Shown here: piece after piece, positions 39,087-48,799 of the stretch
Position numbering within the stretch: the first letter of the stretch is position 1
Layout of the letters: each line of letters begins with the position of its first letter
From: Acidobacteriota bacterium
Lineage (GTDB): Bacteria; Acidobacteriota; UBA4820
Reading direction: 5' to 3'
Assembly: GCA_029559035.1 (NCBI GenBank)
Contig: JAKQCT010000014.1
Span: forward strand, 11,520 to 75,519
DNA length: 64,000 bases
Program-made: the position numbers and the translations under genes
Notes under the pieces: generated by a model
What the model was told of the DNA's origin: nothing
Database searches by the model: none
The model's input: only the letters and a program-made list of their open reading frames with translations

Positions 39087-40655
39087 TTACGTCGCGAAAT
39101 CGATGTGGCGGGTCTCCCTTATGACCTGGACCTTTATCTGGCCGGAGAACCTCACTTCCTGTTCCAGTTTTTCCGCGATCTCCTTGGAAAGCCACATCGT
39201 GTACTCGTCGTCCACTTCCTTCGGCTTGACGTAAACGAGCAGGTCCCTACCCGCTTTCATCGCGAAGACCCTGTCGACGCCGCGCATCTGGTGGACCATT
39301 TTTTCGATCTGGTCGAGCCTCTCGATGTACTTTTCGAGGCCGTCCCGGGAAACTCCCGGAACGCTCACGGAGAGGTGCTCGGCGACATCCAGGATCCTGG
39401 CTTCAAGCAGGGTCGATTCGGACTGCTTCACCAGGTTGGAGACTATGTTGACGACAGCCTGGGGCTCGCCGTACTGCTTGGCGAGCTGCGAAGAAAGAAG
39501 GACCGGGTTCGTGTCTCCCGTCTGTTCTTCCACGTGCCCTATCTCGTGAAGGATGGCGGCCCTCTTGATGTGTTCCACGTTGGCTCCCAGCATCTGCCCG
39601 ATATAAGCGGATATCTTTGCTGTTTCCATCGAGTGCTCGAGGAGGTTTCCCGCCGAATAGCCTGAGCGGAGCTTGAGGCGTCCGACGGACCCGACCAGCT
39701 TGTCGTGCATGTTGTGGATGCCGAGCTGGTAGAGAGCCTCCTTTCCCACCTCATAAAGGGTTTCTTCGACGATCAGGCAGGCTTTTTCGTAGAACTCCTC
39801 TATTCTCGCTGGGTGTATCCTGCCGTCCTCGACCAGCTTGTCAAGCGTGATCTTGGCGATCTCCCTGCGGAGGGGATTGTGGCAGGCGAGGAGAAGCATC
39901 TCGGGCGTGTCGTCCACGATCACGTCCACTCCGGTTATCCTTTCGAAAGCCCTGATGTTCCTGCCTTCCCTCCCGATCACCCGTCCCTTCATCTCCTCGT
40001 TCGGGAGCTTGAAAGTTATGACCGAAGATTCGAGCGGCAGGTGGGGCAGAACCTTCTCTATCGACTGCATCAGTATGAAACGGGCGAAATTCTTCGCCCT
40101 TTCCCTTGCGCTCTCCTCGATCTTCTTGATGATGCGCGCCGCCTCTTTCCTCGATTCGGCTTCCATCTGCCTCATCAGCTCGATCTTCGCCTCGTGGGAT
40201 GTCATGGAGGCGATCTCCTCCAGCTTGGCCTTCTGGACCTTGGAGAAATCCTCCGCGTCCCTTAGGAGCTTCTTGAGTCTTTCCTCCTCCTCCCGGTGCT
40301 TTTTTTCGCGCTGCTCGAAGTTCGCCTTGTCTTCTTTCAGCTTCTGGGAGATCCCCTCGATCTTCTCTTCCTTGGCTTCGAGGTCGGACTCGATCTTTGC
40401 GAGGTCCTTGCGCTTCTGTTTCCAGGATTTCTCGAGCGCCTGCTCCTCCGCCAGGAGTTTCTCCTTGCCCCGGAGCTCCGCCTCTGTGAACCGCCTCTGC
40501 GCTTCCTGCTTGGCCCTTTCCAATATTATTGACGCCTCGGAGGAGGCTTTCTTTATCTCCGATCGTTTCTGAAGAGTGTAGAGCACGCTGGTTATGGCCG
40601 CCCCGAGCACCAGGAAGAAGACGCCGAATATGATGTAATAGACTACGCTGTTCAA
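39087..40655 (-). CDS. rny: Ribonuclease Y
   Basis: It has an N-terminal TM helix, a coiled coil, a KH domain (IGREGRNIRAFE) and an HD domain (HSMETAKISAYI...LHEIGH). The protein is 522 aa. Confidence 0.92.
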   Translation of the reverse strand: MNSVVYYIIFGVFFLVLGAAITSVLYTLQKRSEIKKASSEASIILERAKQEAQRRFTEAELRGKEKLLAEEQALEKSWKQKRKDLAKIESDLEAKEEKIEGISQKLKEDKANFEQREKKHREEEERLKKLLRDAEDFSKVQKAKLEEIASMTSHEAKIELMRQMEAESRKEAARIIKKIEESARERAKNFARFILMQSIEKVLPHLPLESSVITFKLPNEEMKGRVIGREGRNIRAFERITGVDVIVDDTPEMLLLACHNPLRREIAKITLDKLVEDGRIHPARIEEFYEKACLIVEETLYEVGKEALYQLGIHNMHDKLVGSVGRLKLRSGYSAGNLLEHSMETAKISAYIGQMLGANVEHIKRAAILHEIGHVEEQTGDTNPVLLSSQLAKQYGEPQAVVNIVSNLVKQSESTLLEARILDVAEHLSVSVPGVSRDGLEKYIERLDQIEKMVHQMRGVDRVFAMKAGRDLLVYVKPKEVDDEYTMWLSKEIAEKLEQEVRFSGQIKVQVIRETRHIDFAT

Positions 40656-40664
40656 GATACAAAC

Positions 40665-40964
40665 CTAACCTTTCTGGTTGGTTATCGCCTGGTCAAGGAT
40701 CTGCGAGAGCTCCTGGGAGACCTTCGCGACCTCTCCCTCTCTAGCCTTGTCTTTCTCGATGAAGGAAAGCAGCCTGTCAGCCAGGTTGAGAGCGGCAAGG
40801 ATGGCTATCCTGGTAGTGTCGCTCTGGTGGGTTCCCTTCTGCAGCTGGCGCATCGTGTCGTCCACGAGCTGGCTGACCTTCCTGGCGTATTCCGGAGACC
40901 CTTTTACCCTTACCTGGTAAGGCTGCCCGAGGATGATCAGTTCCAGGAGCTGCTCGTCCTTCAT
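40665..40964 (-). CDS. zapA: Cell division protein ZapA
   Basis: LLELIILGQPYQVRVK...TRIAILAALNLADRL matches the ZapA family pattern. The protein is 99 aa. Confidence 0.75.
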   Translation of the reverse strand: MKDEQLLELIILGQPYQVRVKGSPEYARKVSQLVDDTMRQLQKGTHQSDTTRIAILAALNLADRLLSFIEKDKAREGEVAKVSQELSQILDQAITNQKG

Positions 40965-41212
40965 TGCTGTTCCTGCTCGAACTCCTCGATAAGCCCCTTG
41001 ACGAGCCCAGTGAGTTCCGAGCGCTCCGACTCGTAGAACTCAAGCCTTCTGAGGAGTTTTTCCTTCTCTTCCTTCAGGAGGTCGATCTCCTTCAGGAGCT
41101 GTTCGTTCTCGCTCCTGATGCTGCGCATGTTCTCGGCGATCTTCTTCGCCTTCTCCTTGAGTTTTTCTATCGCTTCTTTTCCGAGACCTTCCTTGTTCTC
41201 TTCAAACAACAT
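40961..41212 (-). CDS. Small coiled-coil protein (ZapB-like, speculative), translationally coupled to zapA
   Basis: The 83 aa are almost entirely heptad coiled coil (LLKEIDLLKEEKEKLLRRLEFYESE). It overlaps the zapA start by 4 nt. Confidence 0.4.
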   Translation of the reverse strand: MLFEENKEGLGKEAIEKLKEKAKKIAENMRSIRSENEQLLKEIDLLKEEKEKLLRRLEFYESERSELTGLVKGLIEEFEQEQQ

Positions 41213-41215
41213 CTT

Positions 41216-43261
41216 TCACTCCTGCCTGATCAAAGCGCCCAACCTGTCCCTGAGCGCGGAGATGACGACGGCCATGTTCGTTTCGACTTCCTTGTCCGAT
41301 AGTGTCCTGTCATTTGCCTTAAAAAACAGCGAAAGCGTGACCGACTTCATTCCCTCGCCGATCTTCATGTCTTCGTAGATCTCGATCAGCTCGACCCTCG
41401 AAAGCGTCTCTATTCCCTGTCCCTCCGCGGTCTTCCTGACGGATTCCCACGATGTTGATGAAGGCACCACCAGGGAGATGTCCCTTTTTGAAGCGGGGAA
41501 CCGGGAAAAGGGTTTGAACTGCGGGAGTTTCGCTCCATGGAACGATCCTGTGTCGAGCTCCGCGGCCGAGACCCTATTCCTGATGTCCATCGCATGCAGG
41601 CTCGCGGGATCGAGGTACGCCAGGAAGCCGGCCTTTTTCCCGCCGACAATAATTTCCAGGAAGTGGTCTTCCGAGAACACCTTCATCGGAGGAGTGCTCT
41701 TAACGAACTCCGCATCTATCCCGAAGGAACCGAACAGGAATTCCAGCACCCCCTTCAGGGCAAAAAGGTCTCTCGAGGGAGGTTGATTGAAACTTCTCGA
41801 CGATTCGTCTTCCGAGAAGATGAGCGCGAGCCTTGGTTCCTCCGTCACAGCCCCAGGCCCCCGTGCAGTGTAAACGCGGCCGGCCTCGAACAATGACAGC
41901 CCGCGGCGTCCGTAGGAAAGGTTCCTTTTAACGGTCGTCAGGAGATTCGGCAAAAGGCTCCTCCTCAGAACCGAAGAGGCCTCGGAGAGGGGATTGCTTA
42001 TCTTGACGGTCCCCGGCCCGTCCGAGAAAAGGCTGTTCGTTTCGGGATCGGTCATGCTCAGATGGATCGCTTCGGAGAGCCCTTTTGACGCGAGCCTTGC
42101 CTTGACCTCGTCCTCGATGGCCACGGCGGGGTTTCTTCCCGATTCTGCGTCTATGTTGACCGGAAGGTTGGAGGGGAGCTTGTCCAGGCCGTGGATCCGC
42201 GTCACCTCCTCGATAAGGTCTATCTCCCTCGAAACGTCGACGCGGAAACTGGGGGATTGAACCTGGTAGAGGCCTTCCCCCTGTTTTTCCAAAGTGAACC
42301 CCAGGCTTTCGAGTATCGAAACTGCGTCTTTTTCGGGGACGTCGATCCCGAGGATCTTCTTCAGCCTCGCCGTCCGGAGAACAATCTTTTCCCTGCGCGG
42401 CGGCGAGGGAACCACATCGATGCATCCTTCCGCCAGTTTCCCGCCGCACAGCTCCGTTATCATTTCCGCGGCTTTTTCGAGCGCAAGCACCGGGCCGTCG
42501 AAATCGACGCCTCTTTCGTACCTGTGGGAAGCGTCGGTGTGGACATTCAGGGCCTTGGAAGTCCTGCGGATCGAAGACGGATCGAAGACAGCCCCTTCCA
42601 GCAGGATATCCCTCGTCAGGAAAGTCACTCCGGCCTCTTCTCCGCCCATGACGCCGGCGACCACAAGAGGCCTTGATCCGTCGGCGATGACGAGCATCTC
42701 TTCGCCGAGTTTCCTCTCGACGCCGTCCAGCATGAGCAGTTTCTCTCCCGGCAAGGCCCGCCTCACGACGATCCTGTTCCCCTTGATGAACTTCATGTCG
42801 AAAGCGTGAAGAGGATGACCGTACTCCAAAAGGACATAGTTCGTCGCGTCCACGACGGCGTTTATGGGGCGGAGCCCGCAAGCCAGGAGCCTTTTCTTCA
42901 TGGCGGGGGTGCTTTCGCCGACCTTAGCCCCTCTTATCAGAAGCGCCCTGTACCTGGGGCAGAGGGCGGGATCGGCGATCTCGATGGATAAGCTCTTCCC
43001 GATTGGTTCGCCGGAATGAACGGGGGAAGCTCCGTAGGCGGGGCGGGGGAGGCCGAATATCGAACTGGCTTCCCTTGCGAGGCCGAAAACGTTCATCAGG
43101 TCGGGCCTGTTGACGGTGAACCCAAAATCGAAGATGGTATCGCCGTCCTCCTCGATGGCCTCGTCCACTTCCGTGCCGGAAAAGGTGAATCCTCTCGAGA
43201 GCTTTTCGATGTCTTCGGGGATGGGGACGAATTGCCTGATCCATGACAGCGGGAAGCGCAT
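41216..43261 (-). CDS. pheT: Phenylalanine--tRNA ligase beta subunit
   Basis: The protein starts at MRFPLSWIRQFVPIPEDIEKL, and the ATG at 43261 shares one nt with the pheS stop (TGATG). The B3/4, B5 and FDX-ACB domain order is present. The track's 70-aa upstream extension is Arg-rich, overlaps pheS and is rejected. Confidence 0.9.
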   Translation of the reverse strand: MRFPLSWIRQFVPIPEDIEKLSRGFTFSGTEVDEAIEEDGDTIFDFGFTVNRPDLMNVFGLAREASSIFGLPRPAYGASPVHSGEPIGKSLSIEIADPALCPRYRALLIRGAKVGESTPAMKKRLLACGLRPINAVVDATNYVLLEYGHPLHAFDMKFIKGNRIVVRRALPGEKLLMLDGVERKLGEEMLVIADGSRPLVVAGVMGGEEAGVTFLTRDILLEGAVFDPSSIRRTSKALNVHTDASHRYERGVDFDGPVLALEKAAEMITELCGGKLAEGCIDVVPSPPRREKIVLRTARLKKILGIDVPEKDAVSILESLGFTLEKQGEGLYQVQSPSFRVDVSREIDLIEEVTRIHGLDKLPSNLPVNIDAESGRNPAVAIEDEVKARLASKGLSEAIHLSMTDPETNSLFSDGPGTVKISNPLSEASSVLRRSLLPNLLTTVKRNLSYGRRGLSLFEAGRVYTARGPGAVTEEPRLALIFSEDESSRSFNQPPSRDLFALKGVLEFLFGSFGIDAEFVKSTPPMKVFSEDHFLEIIVGGKKAGFLAYLDPASLHAMDIRNRVSAAELDTGSFHGAKLPQFKPFSRFPASKRDISLVVPSSTSWESVRKTAEGQGIETLSRVELIEIYEDMKIGEGMKSVTLSLFFKANDRTLSDKEVETNMAVVISALRDRLGALIRQE

Positions 43262-44274
43262 CAGAACTGCTCCAGGAATCTCATGTCGTTCTCGAGAAGG
43301 TACTTGATGTTGTCTATGCCGTACTTCAGCATCGCCATCCTGTCTATCCCGAGGCCGAAAGCGAAGCCGGTGTACTTCTCGGGGTCTATCCCGACGAATT
43401 CGAAAACCTTCGGGTCGACCATCCCGCATCCGCCGACCTCGAGCCACCCGGTCCTCTTGCAGACCTTGCAACCCGATCCTCCGCAGATCACGCAGGTCAG
43501 ATCCGTCTCGGCTGAAGGCTCCGTGAAAGGGAAATAGGACGGCCTGAACCTTATCGCCAGTTCCTTCTTGAAAAGCTTCCTGTAAAAAGTCAGCAGCGTC
43601 CCTTTCAGGTCCGCCATCGTGATGTCCTCGTCCACGACGAGCCCCTCCACCTGGAAGAACATTGGCGAATGACTCACGTCGTCGTCCCGCCTGAAGACCC
43701 TTCCCGGGGCTATGAGCTTCAGAGGCGGCTTTCTAGTTTCCATCGAGCGGATCTGCACGGGGGAGGTCTGCGTCCTGAGGAGAAGATCTCCCTCTTCGAG
43801 GTAGAAGGTGTCCTGGATGTCCCTGGAGGGATGGTCCGCCGGCGTGTTGAGCGCTTCAAAATTGTGGTAAGGGTCCTCCACTTCGGGGCCGGAAGCCACC
43901 GCGTATCCCATGGAAATGAATATCTCCTCTATCTCCCTCCTTACGGTCGTCAGGGGATGAAGGTGCCCGCGATGGGATCCTTTTCCCGGGAGGGTAAGGT
44001 CCATTTTCGGTATGGCGGATTTTTTCGCGTTCAGACCGGAGAGCGCACGGTTAAGGGCCTCCTCGACCTCCTGTTTGAGGAGGTTTACCGACTGCCCGAA
44101 AGCTTTTCTTTCTTCGGAAGGCAGGGAAGGGATCCGGGCGAGAAGATCGGCTATGACGCCCCTTTTCTTGCCTACATAAGCCCCTTTAAGCTCCAGAAGG
44201 GAGCCTTCGGTGTTCGCCTTTTCAAGCGCTTCGAAAAAACCGCTTTTTATAGAGGCAAGCTCCCGGATGTCCAT
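43261..44274 (-). CDS. pheS: Phenylalanine--tRNA ligase alpha subunit
   Basis: It contains the class II aaRS motifs (FRPSYFPFTEPSAE, GWLEVGGCGMV). The protein is 337 aa. Confidence 0.92.
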   Translation of the reverse strand: MDIRELASIKSGFFEALEKANTEGSLLELKGAYVGKKRGVIADLLARIPSLPSEERKAFGQSVNLLKQEVEEALNRALSGLNAKKSAIPKMDLTLPGKGSHRGHLHPLTTVRREIEEIFISMGYAVASGPEVEDPYHNFEALNTPADHPSRDIQDTFYLEEGDLLLRTQTSPVQIRSMETRKPPLKLIAPGRVFRRDDDVSHSPMFFQVEGLVVDEDITMADLKGTLLTFYRKLFKKELAIRFRPSYFPFTEPSAETDLTCVICGGSGCKVCKRTGWLEVGGCGMVDPKVFEFVGIDPEKYTGFAFGLGIDRMAMLKYGIDNIKYLLENDMRFLEQF

Positions 44275-44477
44275 GGCCCTCCCTAAAAAAGAATTATTTT
44301 CTCACATTTTTATAGCTGTTTCAATAGGTTAAAGAACTTAATCCCAACCAGTTTCTTCGTTTTGACCCGAACGATCGAAAAAAGCTGGAATCTTCTTCTG
44401 TCAGTTGGATAAAATCGAACATCCTCTTGTTCCTGAACGGGGGAGGTGATAAATTTACTGACTGGCGCGGAGGCGAT

Positions 44478-46928
44478 ATGTCAATGTCCGATGAATCTAG
44501 GAAAATTGGGCGTTACCGGATCGAGGAGAGGCTCGGGAGCGGGGGCATGGGAGACGTGTACCTCGGCGGGGATGAAACCCTGGAGAGAAAGGTCGCCCTC
44601 AAGTGCATAAATGCCGAGAACAGGCTGGACGACGAGGCGAAGGGCCGCTTTCTCAGGGAGGCGAAAGTCCTCTCCCAGCTCGGCCATCCCGACATCTGCC
44701 GGATCTATGACTATGTCGAGGCTGAAGACGCCGATTACCTGGTCCTCGAACTGATAAACGGAAAAAAGCTGAGGGATTCCATAGAAGAAGGACGCCTCGG
44801 AAAGAAGCAGAAGCTCGAGATCATAAAAAAGATCGCCTCCGTCCTTGAGATAGCCCACGAAAAAGGGATAATACACAGGGACCTGAAACCCGACAACATC
44901 ATCGTGACCGAAGAGGGCGGCATAAAAGTGTTGGACTTCGGCCTCGCGAGGCAGATCCTGATTGACGACCAGCCGGCACAAGAAGAGCGTCCGAACGTCC
45001 CCGTCGTTCCGAAGAACAGATCGACTGACTTAACTCTCGCCCTCGGAGGTTCGGGCGGTTCGGACGTGAAGAGCACGACCGGCCTTACCACAGTGGGCGT
45101 CGTGATGGGGACTCTCGGGTACATGAGCCCAGAGCAGGCCAGGGGCGAGGACGTCACTTCCTTCAGCGACATGTACTCTTTCGGGATCATAGTGGAGGAG
45201 ATCTTCTCAGGAAAGACATCCTATAACCTGGAAAGCAGTTTCAATGTCCTGCTTGAAAAGAACCAGAAGGGGGAAAGGGAGGAGCTCCGCCTGGAAGAGC
45301 CCGACATCTCAACATTGGTGGACGACCTGACCGCTTTCGAACCGAACGCGAGGCTGACGGCGCGCGAGGCCGCGAGAAGGATCGAAGAGATCATCGGAAA
45401 ACCGGCGAAGAAAAGGAAAAGGGTCCTTGTCGCCTCGGCCATCACGCTTCTTTCCGCCTTCGCCGTGATTGCGACACTTTTCTGGATAAAAGCGGCGCGC
45501 GCAGAAAAGAAAGCGCTGGAGGAAGCCGAAGCCGCGAAGCAGGTGTCGGATTTCCTCGTGGGGTTGTTCGAAGTCTCTGACCCGAGTGAGGCCAAAGGCA
45601 ACACGGTCACGGCGAGGGAAGTGCTGGAAAAGGGTTCGGAGAAGATCGAGAGCGAGCTCTGCTCCCAGCCGAAGATCCAGTCGAGGCTGATGATGACCAT
45701 GGGTGAAGTTTTCATGAACCTCGGACTTTACAAGGAAGCCCGGCCGCTGATCGAAAAATCGCTTCTCCTAAGGGAAAAATGCTTCGGCCCGGGAAGCGGG
45801 GAAATGGCTGAGATCTACAACAGCATGGGGCTTTTGGAAGAGATCCAGGGGCGGTATGACAAGGCGGAGTATCACTACCGGAGATCCCTTGATATCAACG
45901 CTAAACTATTCGGCGAAGACAGCAACGAAGCAGCATCTATACTTAACAACATCGCCGGAATTTACGTCAAGAAGGAAGAATTCGAAAAAGCGCTGGAAAC
46001 ATACAATAGATCCCTCGCCATCAGGAAGAATTTGAGAGGAGAGACTAGCGCCGACATAGGCTTCACCTACAACAACCTAGGGAGCCTCATGAGCAAGCAG
46101 GGTAAATTCTCCGAAGCGGAGAAGCACTACCACCAGGCCTATGCCGTGTGGAAAGAGAAATTCGGGGACCTTGACCCGAACGTCGCCAAATGCCTGAACA
46201 ATCTCGCGCTCGTATGCAAGAAACAGAAGAAATTCAAAGAAGCCGCGGGCTACTACAACCAGAGCCTGAAAATAAAGGAGAAGATCCTGGGCAGTGACCA
46301 TCCGGAGACCGCCTCCACGCTCAACAACATCGCCTCGCTCTATTATTCCGAACAGAAGTTCGAAGAAGCTGAAGAAGGTTGGCTTAAGGTCTATGACATA
46401 TATTCAAGAAAATTCGGCCCGGATCACCCCAACCTGGGATTGATCAGCAACAACCTCGCTCTGGTCTACAAGGCCAAGAAGGACTTTCCCAAGGCTCTTG
46501 AATACTATTCGAAAGCCCTCGCCATAACGGAAAAAGCCAACGGCAGGGATTCAATAGACGTAGCGAAGATACTCAACAATATTTCCAGTCTCCAAAGCGC
46601 TCAGGGGCGGTTCAGGGAAGCCGAAAATACTCTCACCTCGGCAATAGCTGTCGTTGAGAAAAAACTTGGGCCGGTCCATCAGACTACTCTGCAGTTCAAG
46701 ACAAACCTGTTCCAGCTTTACCGTGATGAAAAGGATTATGCCACGGCGGAAAAAACCCTGCTTTCCGTCCTTGATGAAGTTCGATCTTTCAAGGGTTCCA
46801 AGCCGGGCGACATCGAAGCGATCATCGAGATGGTCGTAGATTTCTACGAATCGATCGGCGAAAAAACGAAGGCGGAAAAATACAAGACGATGAAGGGCGG
46901 AAACAAGGTTCAACCGAAGAAGGACTGA
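44478..46928 (+). CDS. Ser/Thr protein kinase (Hanks-type) with a TM segment and a C-terminal TPR-repeat domain
   Basis: It has GSGGMGDVY...VALK, HRDLKPDNII, DFGLAR and SPEQ. A TM helix (VASAITLLSAFAVIATLFWI) is followed by about eight TPR units. The start ATG is at 44478 (MSMSDESRK). Confidence 0.85.
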   Translation: MSMSDESRKIGRYRIEERLGSGGMGDVYLGGDETLERKVALKCINAENRLDDEAKGRFLREAKVLSQLGHPDICRIYDYVEAEDADYLVLELINGKKLRDSIEEGRLGKKQKLEIIKKIASVLEIAHEKGIIHRDLKPDNIIVTEEGGIKVLDFGLARQILIDDQPAQEERPNVPVVPKNRSTDLTLALGGSGGSDVKSTTGLTTVGVVMGTLGYMSPEQARGEDVTSFSDMYSFGIIVEEIFSGKTSYNLESSFNVLLEKNQKGEREELRLEEPDISTLVDDLTAFEPNARLTAREAARRIEEIIGKPAKKRKRVLVASAITLLSAFAVIATLFWIKAARAEKKALEEAEAAKQVSDFLVGLFEVSDPSEAKGNTVTAREVLEKGSEKIESELCSQPKIQSRLMMTMGEVFMNLGLYKEARPLIEKSLLLREKCFGPGSGEMAEIYNSMGLLEEIQGRYDKAEYHYRRSLDINAKLFGEDSNEAASILNNIAGIYVKKEEFEKALETYNRSLAIRKNLRGETSADIGFTYNNLGSLMSKQGKFSEAEKHYHQAYAVWKEKFGDLDPNVAKCLNNLALVCKKQKKFKEAAGYYNQSLKIKEKILGSDHPETASTLNNIASLYYSEQKFEEAEEGWLKVYDIYSRKFGPDHPNLGLISNNLALVYKAKKDFPKALEYYSKALAITEKANGRDSIDVAKILNNISSLQSAQGRFREAENTLTSAIAVVEKKLGPVHQTTLQFKTNLFQLYRDEKDYATAEKTLLSVLDEVRSFKGSKPGDIEAIIEMVVDFYESIGEKTKAEKYKTMKGGNKVQPKKD

Positions 46929-47317
46929 ATGTTCCTGACGACCTGCCCCCAACCCTTGTCCCAGTATAGCCCCACCTGGGCGATGAGCGAATAGGCGAGC
47001 CCTATCTGGCATACCGCGAATCCCGCGACCGTGAACTGCGAAAGGCTGAAAATCCCGACCCCGAACTGGGATATGTTTATCACTCCCGCGCCGAACTGGC
47101 CGATGGAAATGAACCCTCTCGCCGGTACCGGGACATAGTTGGGGCGGAACTTGAAGGAAACGTGCAGCAGGGGCATTCCGAGGATCCTCGTTTTTGATTT
47201 GTATTCATATCCCCAGCCGTCCCATTTCTCCTTGTAAGGGAACGGCGCTCCGCAGTGGGGACATGCGAGCGCGCTCTCGCTTATCTCCTTTCCGCAGTCG
47301 CGGCAGTTTTTCATCAT
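46910..47317 (-). CDS. Zinc-ribbon (CRDCGKEI...CPHCGAPF) membrane protein, hypothetical. The start overlaps the upstream sugar-transferase stop as ATGA.
   Basis: The internal ATG at 47317 gives MMKNCRDCGKEISESALACPHCGAPFPYKEK followed by a hydrophobic, Gly-rich C-terminal half. The upstream track extension overlaps the preceding gene and is rejected. Confidence 0.45.
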   Translation of the reverse strand: MMKNCRDCGKEISESALACPHCGAPFPYKEKWDGWGYEYKSKTRILGMPLLHVSFKFRPNYVPVPARGFISIGQFGAGVINISQFGVGIFSLSQFTVAGFAVCQIGLAYSLIAQVGLYWDKGWGQVVRNIQSFFG

Positions 47318-48759
47318 TTCGCTCCGCGGGTCGATAGAACGGCGGGAACTGTCTTCAGGAGGATTATCAGGTCGAGCGTGAGGGACCACTCCTCGATGTA
47401 CTTGAGGTCCAGTTTCATCCATGTGTCGAAATCGAGGTCGGACCTTCCCGAGATCTGCCAGAGGCAGGAGAGCCCGGGCCTCATGGAAAGGCGGCGCCTC
47501 TGCCAGCGGTCGTATTTTTCAACCTCGGCCGGGATCGGAGGGCGGGGACCTACAAGGGACATCTCGCCCCTGAGGACGTTCCAGAGCTGGGGAAGCTCGT
47601 CTATCGAGGATTTCCTCAGCAACCTTCCTATGGGAGTCAGGCGGGGGTCCCTTTCTATCTTGAAGACGGGTCCGTCCACTTCGTTGAGGTGCTTCAGCTC
47701 CTCGAGCTTCTTTTCGGCGTCCTTCACCATCGTCCTGAACTTGTAAAGCCTGAACCTCCTTCCCCTCAGCCCCATCCGCTCCTGGATAAAAAAGACCGGC
47801 CCGGGGCTCGTCAGCTTGACGAGGGCCGCCGTGAAAAGAAGCAGGGGAGATAGGAACAGAAGGCCGAAGAATGCCCCGCAGATATCCATCATCCTCTTGA
47901 CGAAAAGAGCCAGGCCCGCCTTCGGCGTCGTCGCGAAATGGAGGAGAGGGATGTCGCTTAGCCTTTCGAAAAAGATCGGCGTGTTGATGTGGGGAAATAT
48001 CCTGAGGGACATGATGAGCTCGACTCCGAGTTCCTCGCAGACGAGGAAGAGCTCCTCCAGGCTGCTCACCTTTCCCGGCTCTTCGGCGACCACCACGGCA
48101 TCGATGACCTCCCTTTCGAGGAACTTCGGGATATCGTAAACGTTCCCGAGAAATGCGACTCCCTTCTTGAGAAGTTCTTCCTTCGCTTCGGGGCATTCTT
48201 CTCCGCCCGGAAGGAAAAACCCCCTGACCGAAAATCCCACCTCGGGGCTGGTTCCCACGGAATCGATGAATTCGTGCGCCTGCGCGCTGCATCCCACGAG
48301 CACCAGGTTCCTGTGATGGATTCCCTCCCTGACGCTCTTTCGGAACCTTAGGGAAATCAGATGCCTGAAAAGCGTCCCGAGGAAGAGTATCGTGACGAAG
48401 TAGATCGCCACGAAGGTCCTGCTCACGTAGACCAGTTTCAACAGGTAGATGAGCGCGATCGTCATCAGGAAGCCAAAGAACGCCGCCTTTGAAAAAGTCA
48501 TGAAGGTCTTGTGGAGAGCGACCCCCAGCGGGAACTTGAAAGCGCCCAGCAGGAAAAGGCACAGGAGCAGGAAAAAAGCGGAAATTATCGCGACGGGGAT
48601 GTACTTGTCGATCGAGAAGAAAACCCTTTTCTCGAAAGAGGGGATCATCGGAAGCAATACAGCCCTGACGAAATAGGCGGCGAAGAAAGAAACGACCAGG
48701 TTCACGAGATCGGAAGCAAGGCATGCGAACCCGAAATATTTTTTTGCGGCTCTGAGCAT
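47314..48759 (-). CDS. Polyprenyl-phosphate glycosyl-1-phosphate transferase (bacterial sugar transferase, WbaP/EpsB-like initiating enzyme)
   Basis: It has N-terminal TM helices. The C-terminal Bac_transf domain contains FKFRTM, GPVFKIERDPRLTPIGRLLRKSSIDELPQLWNVLRGEMSLVGPRP and DLKYIE. Confidence 0.85.
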   Translation of the reverse strand: MLRAAKKYFGFACLASDLVNLVVSFFAAYFVRAVLLPMIPSFEKRVFFSIDKYIPVAIISAFFLLLCLFLLGAFKFPLGVALHKTFMTFSKAAFFGFLMTIALIYLLKLVYVSRTFVAIYFVTILFLGTLFRHLISLRFRKSVREGIHHRNLVLVGCSAQAHEFIDSVGTSPEVGFSVRGFFLPGGEECPEAKEELLKKGVAFLGNVYDIPKFLEREVIDAVVVAEEPGKVSSLEELFLVCEELGVELIMSLRIFPHINTPIFFERLSDIPLLHFATTPKAGLALFVKRMMDICGAFFGLLFLSPLLLFTAALVKLTSPGPVFFIQERMGLRGRRFRLYKFRTMVKDAEKKLEELKHLNEVDGPVFKIERDPRLTPIGRLLRKSSIDELPQLWNVLRGEMSLVGPRPPIPAEVEKYDRWQRRRLSMRPGLSCLWQISGRSDLDFDTWMKLDLKYIEEWSLTLDLIILLKTVPAVLSTRGAK

Positions 48760-48799
48760 TGATTTTCTCCAGAGCCTATTATCTCAGACTTTCGGGAGT

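Noticed and set aside
38481-39665. A 394-aa plus-strand ORF antisense to ymdB/rny, and a 273-aa alternate-frame ORF at 39841..40662
   Set aside because: They overlap two confidently identified genes and their composition is not protein-like.
43262-43471. A 70-aa N-terminal extension of pheT
   Set aside because: It overlaps the pheS 3' end and is Arg-rich. PheT homology starts at MRFPLSW, whose ATG shares one nt with the pheS stop.
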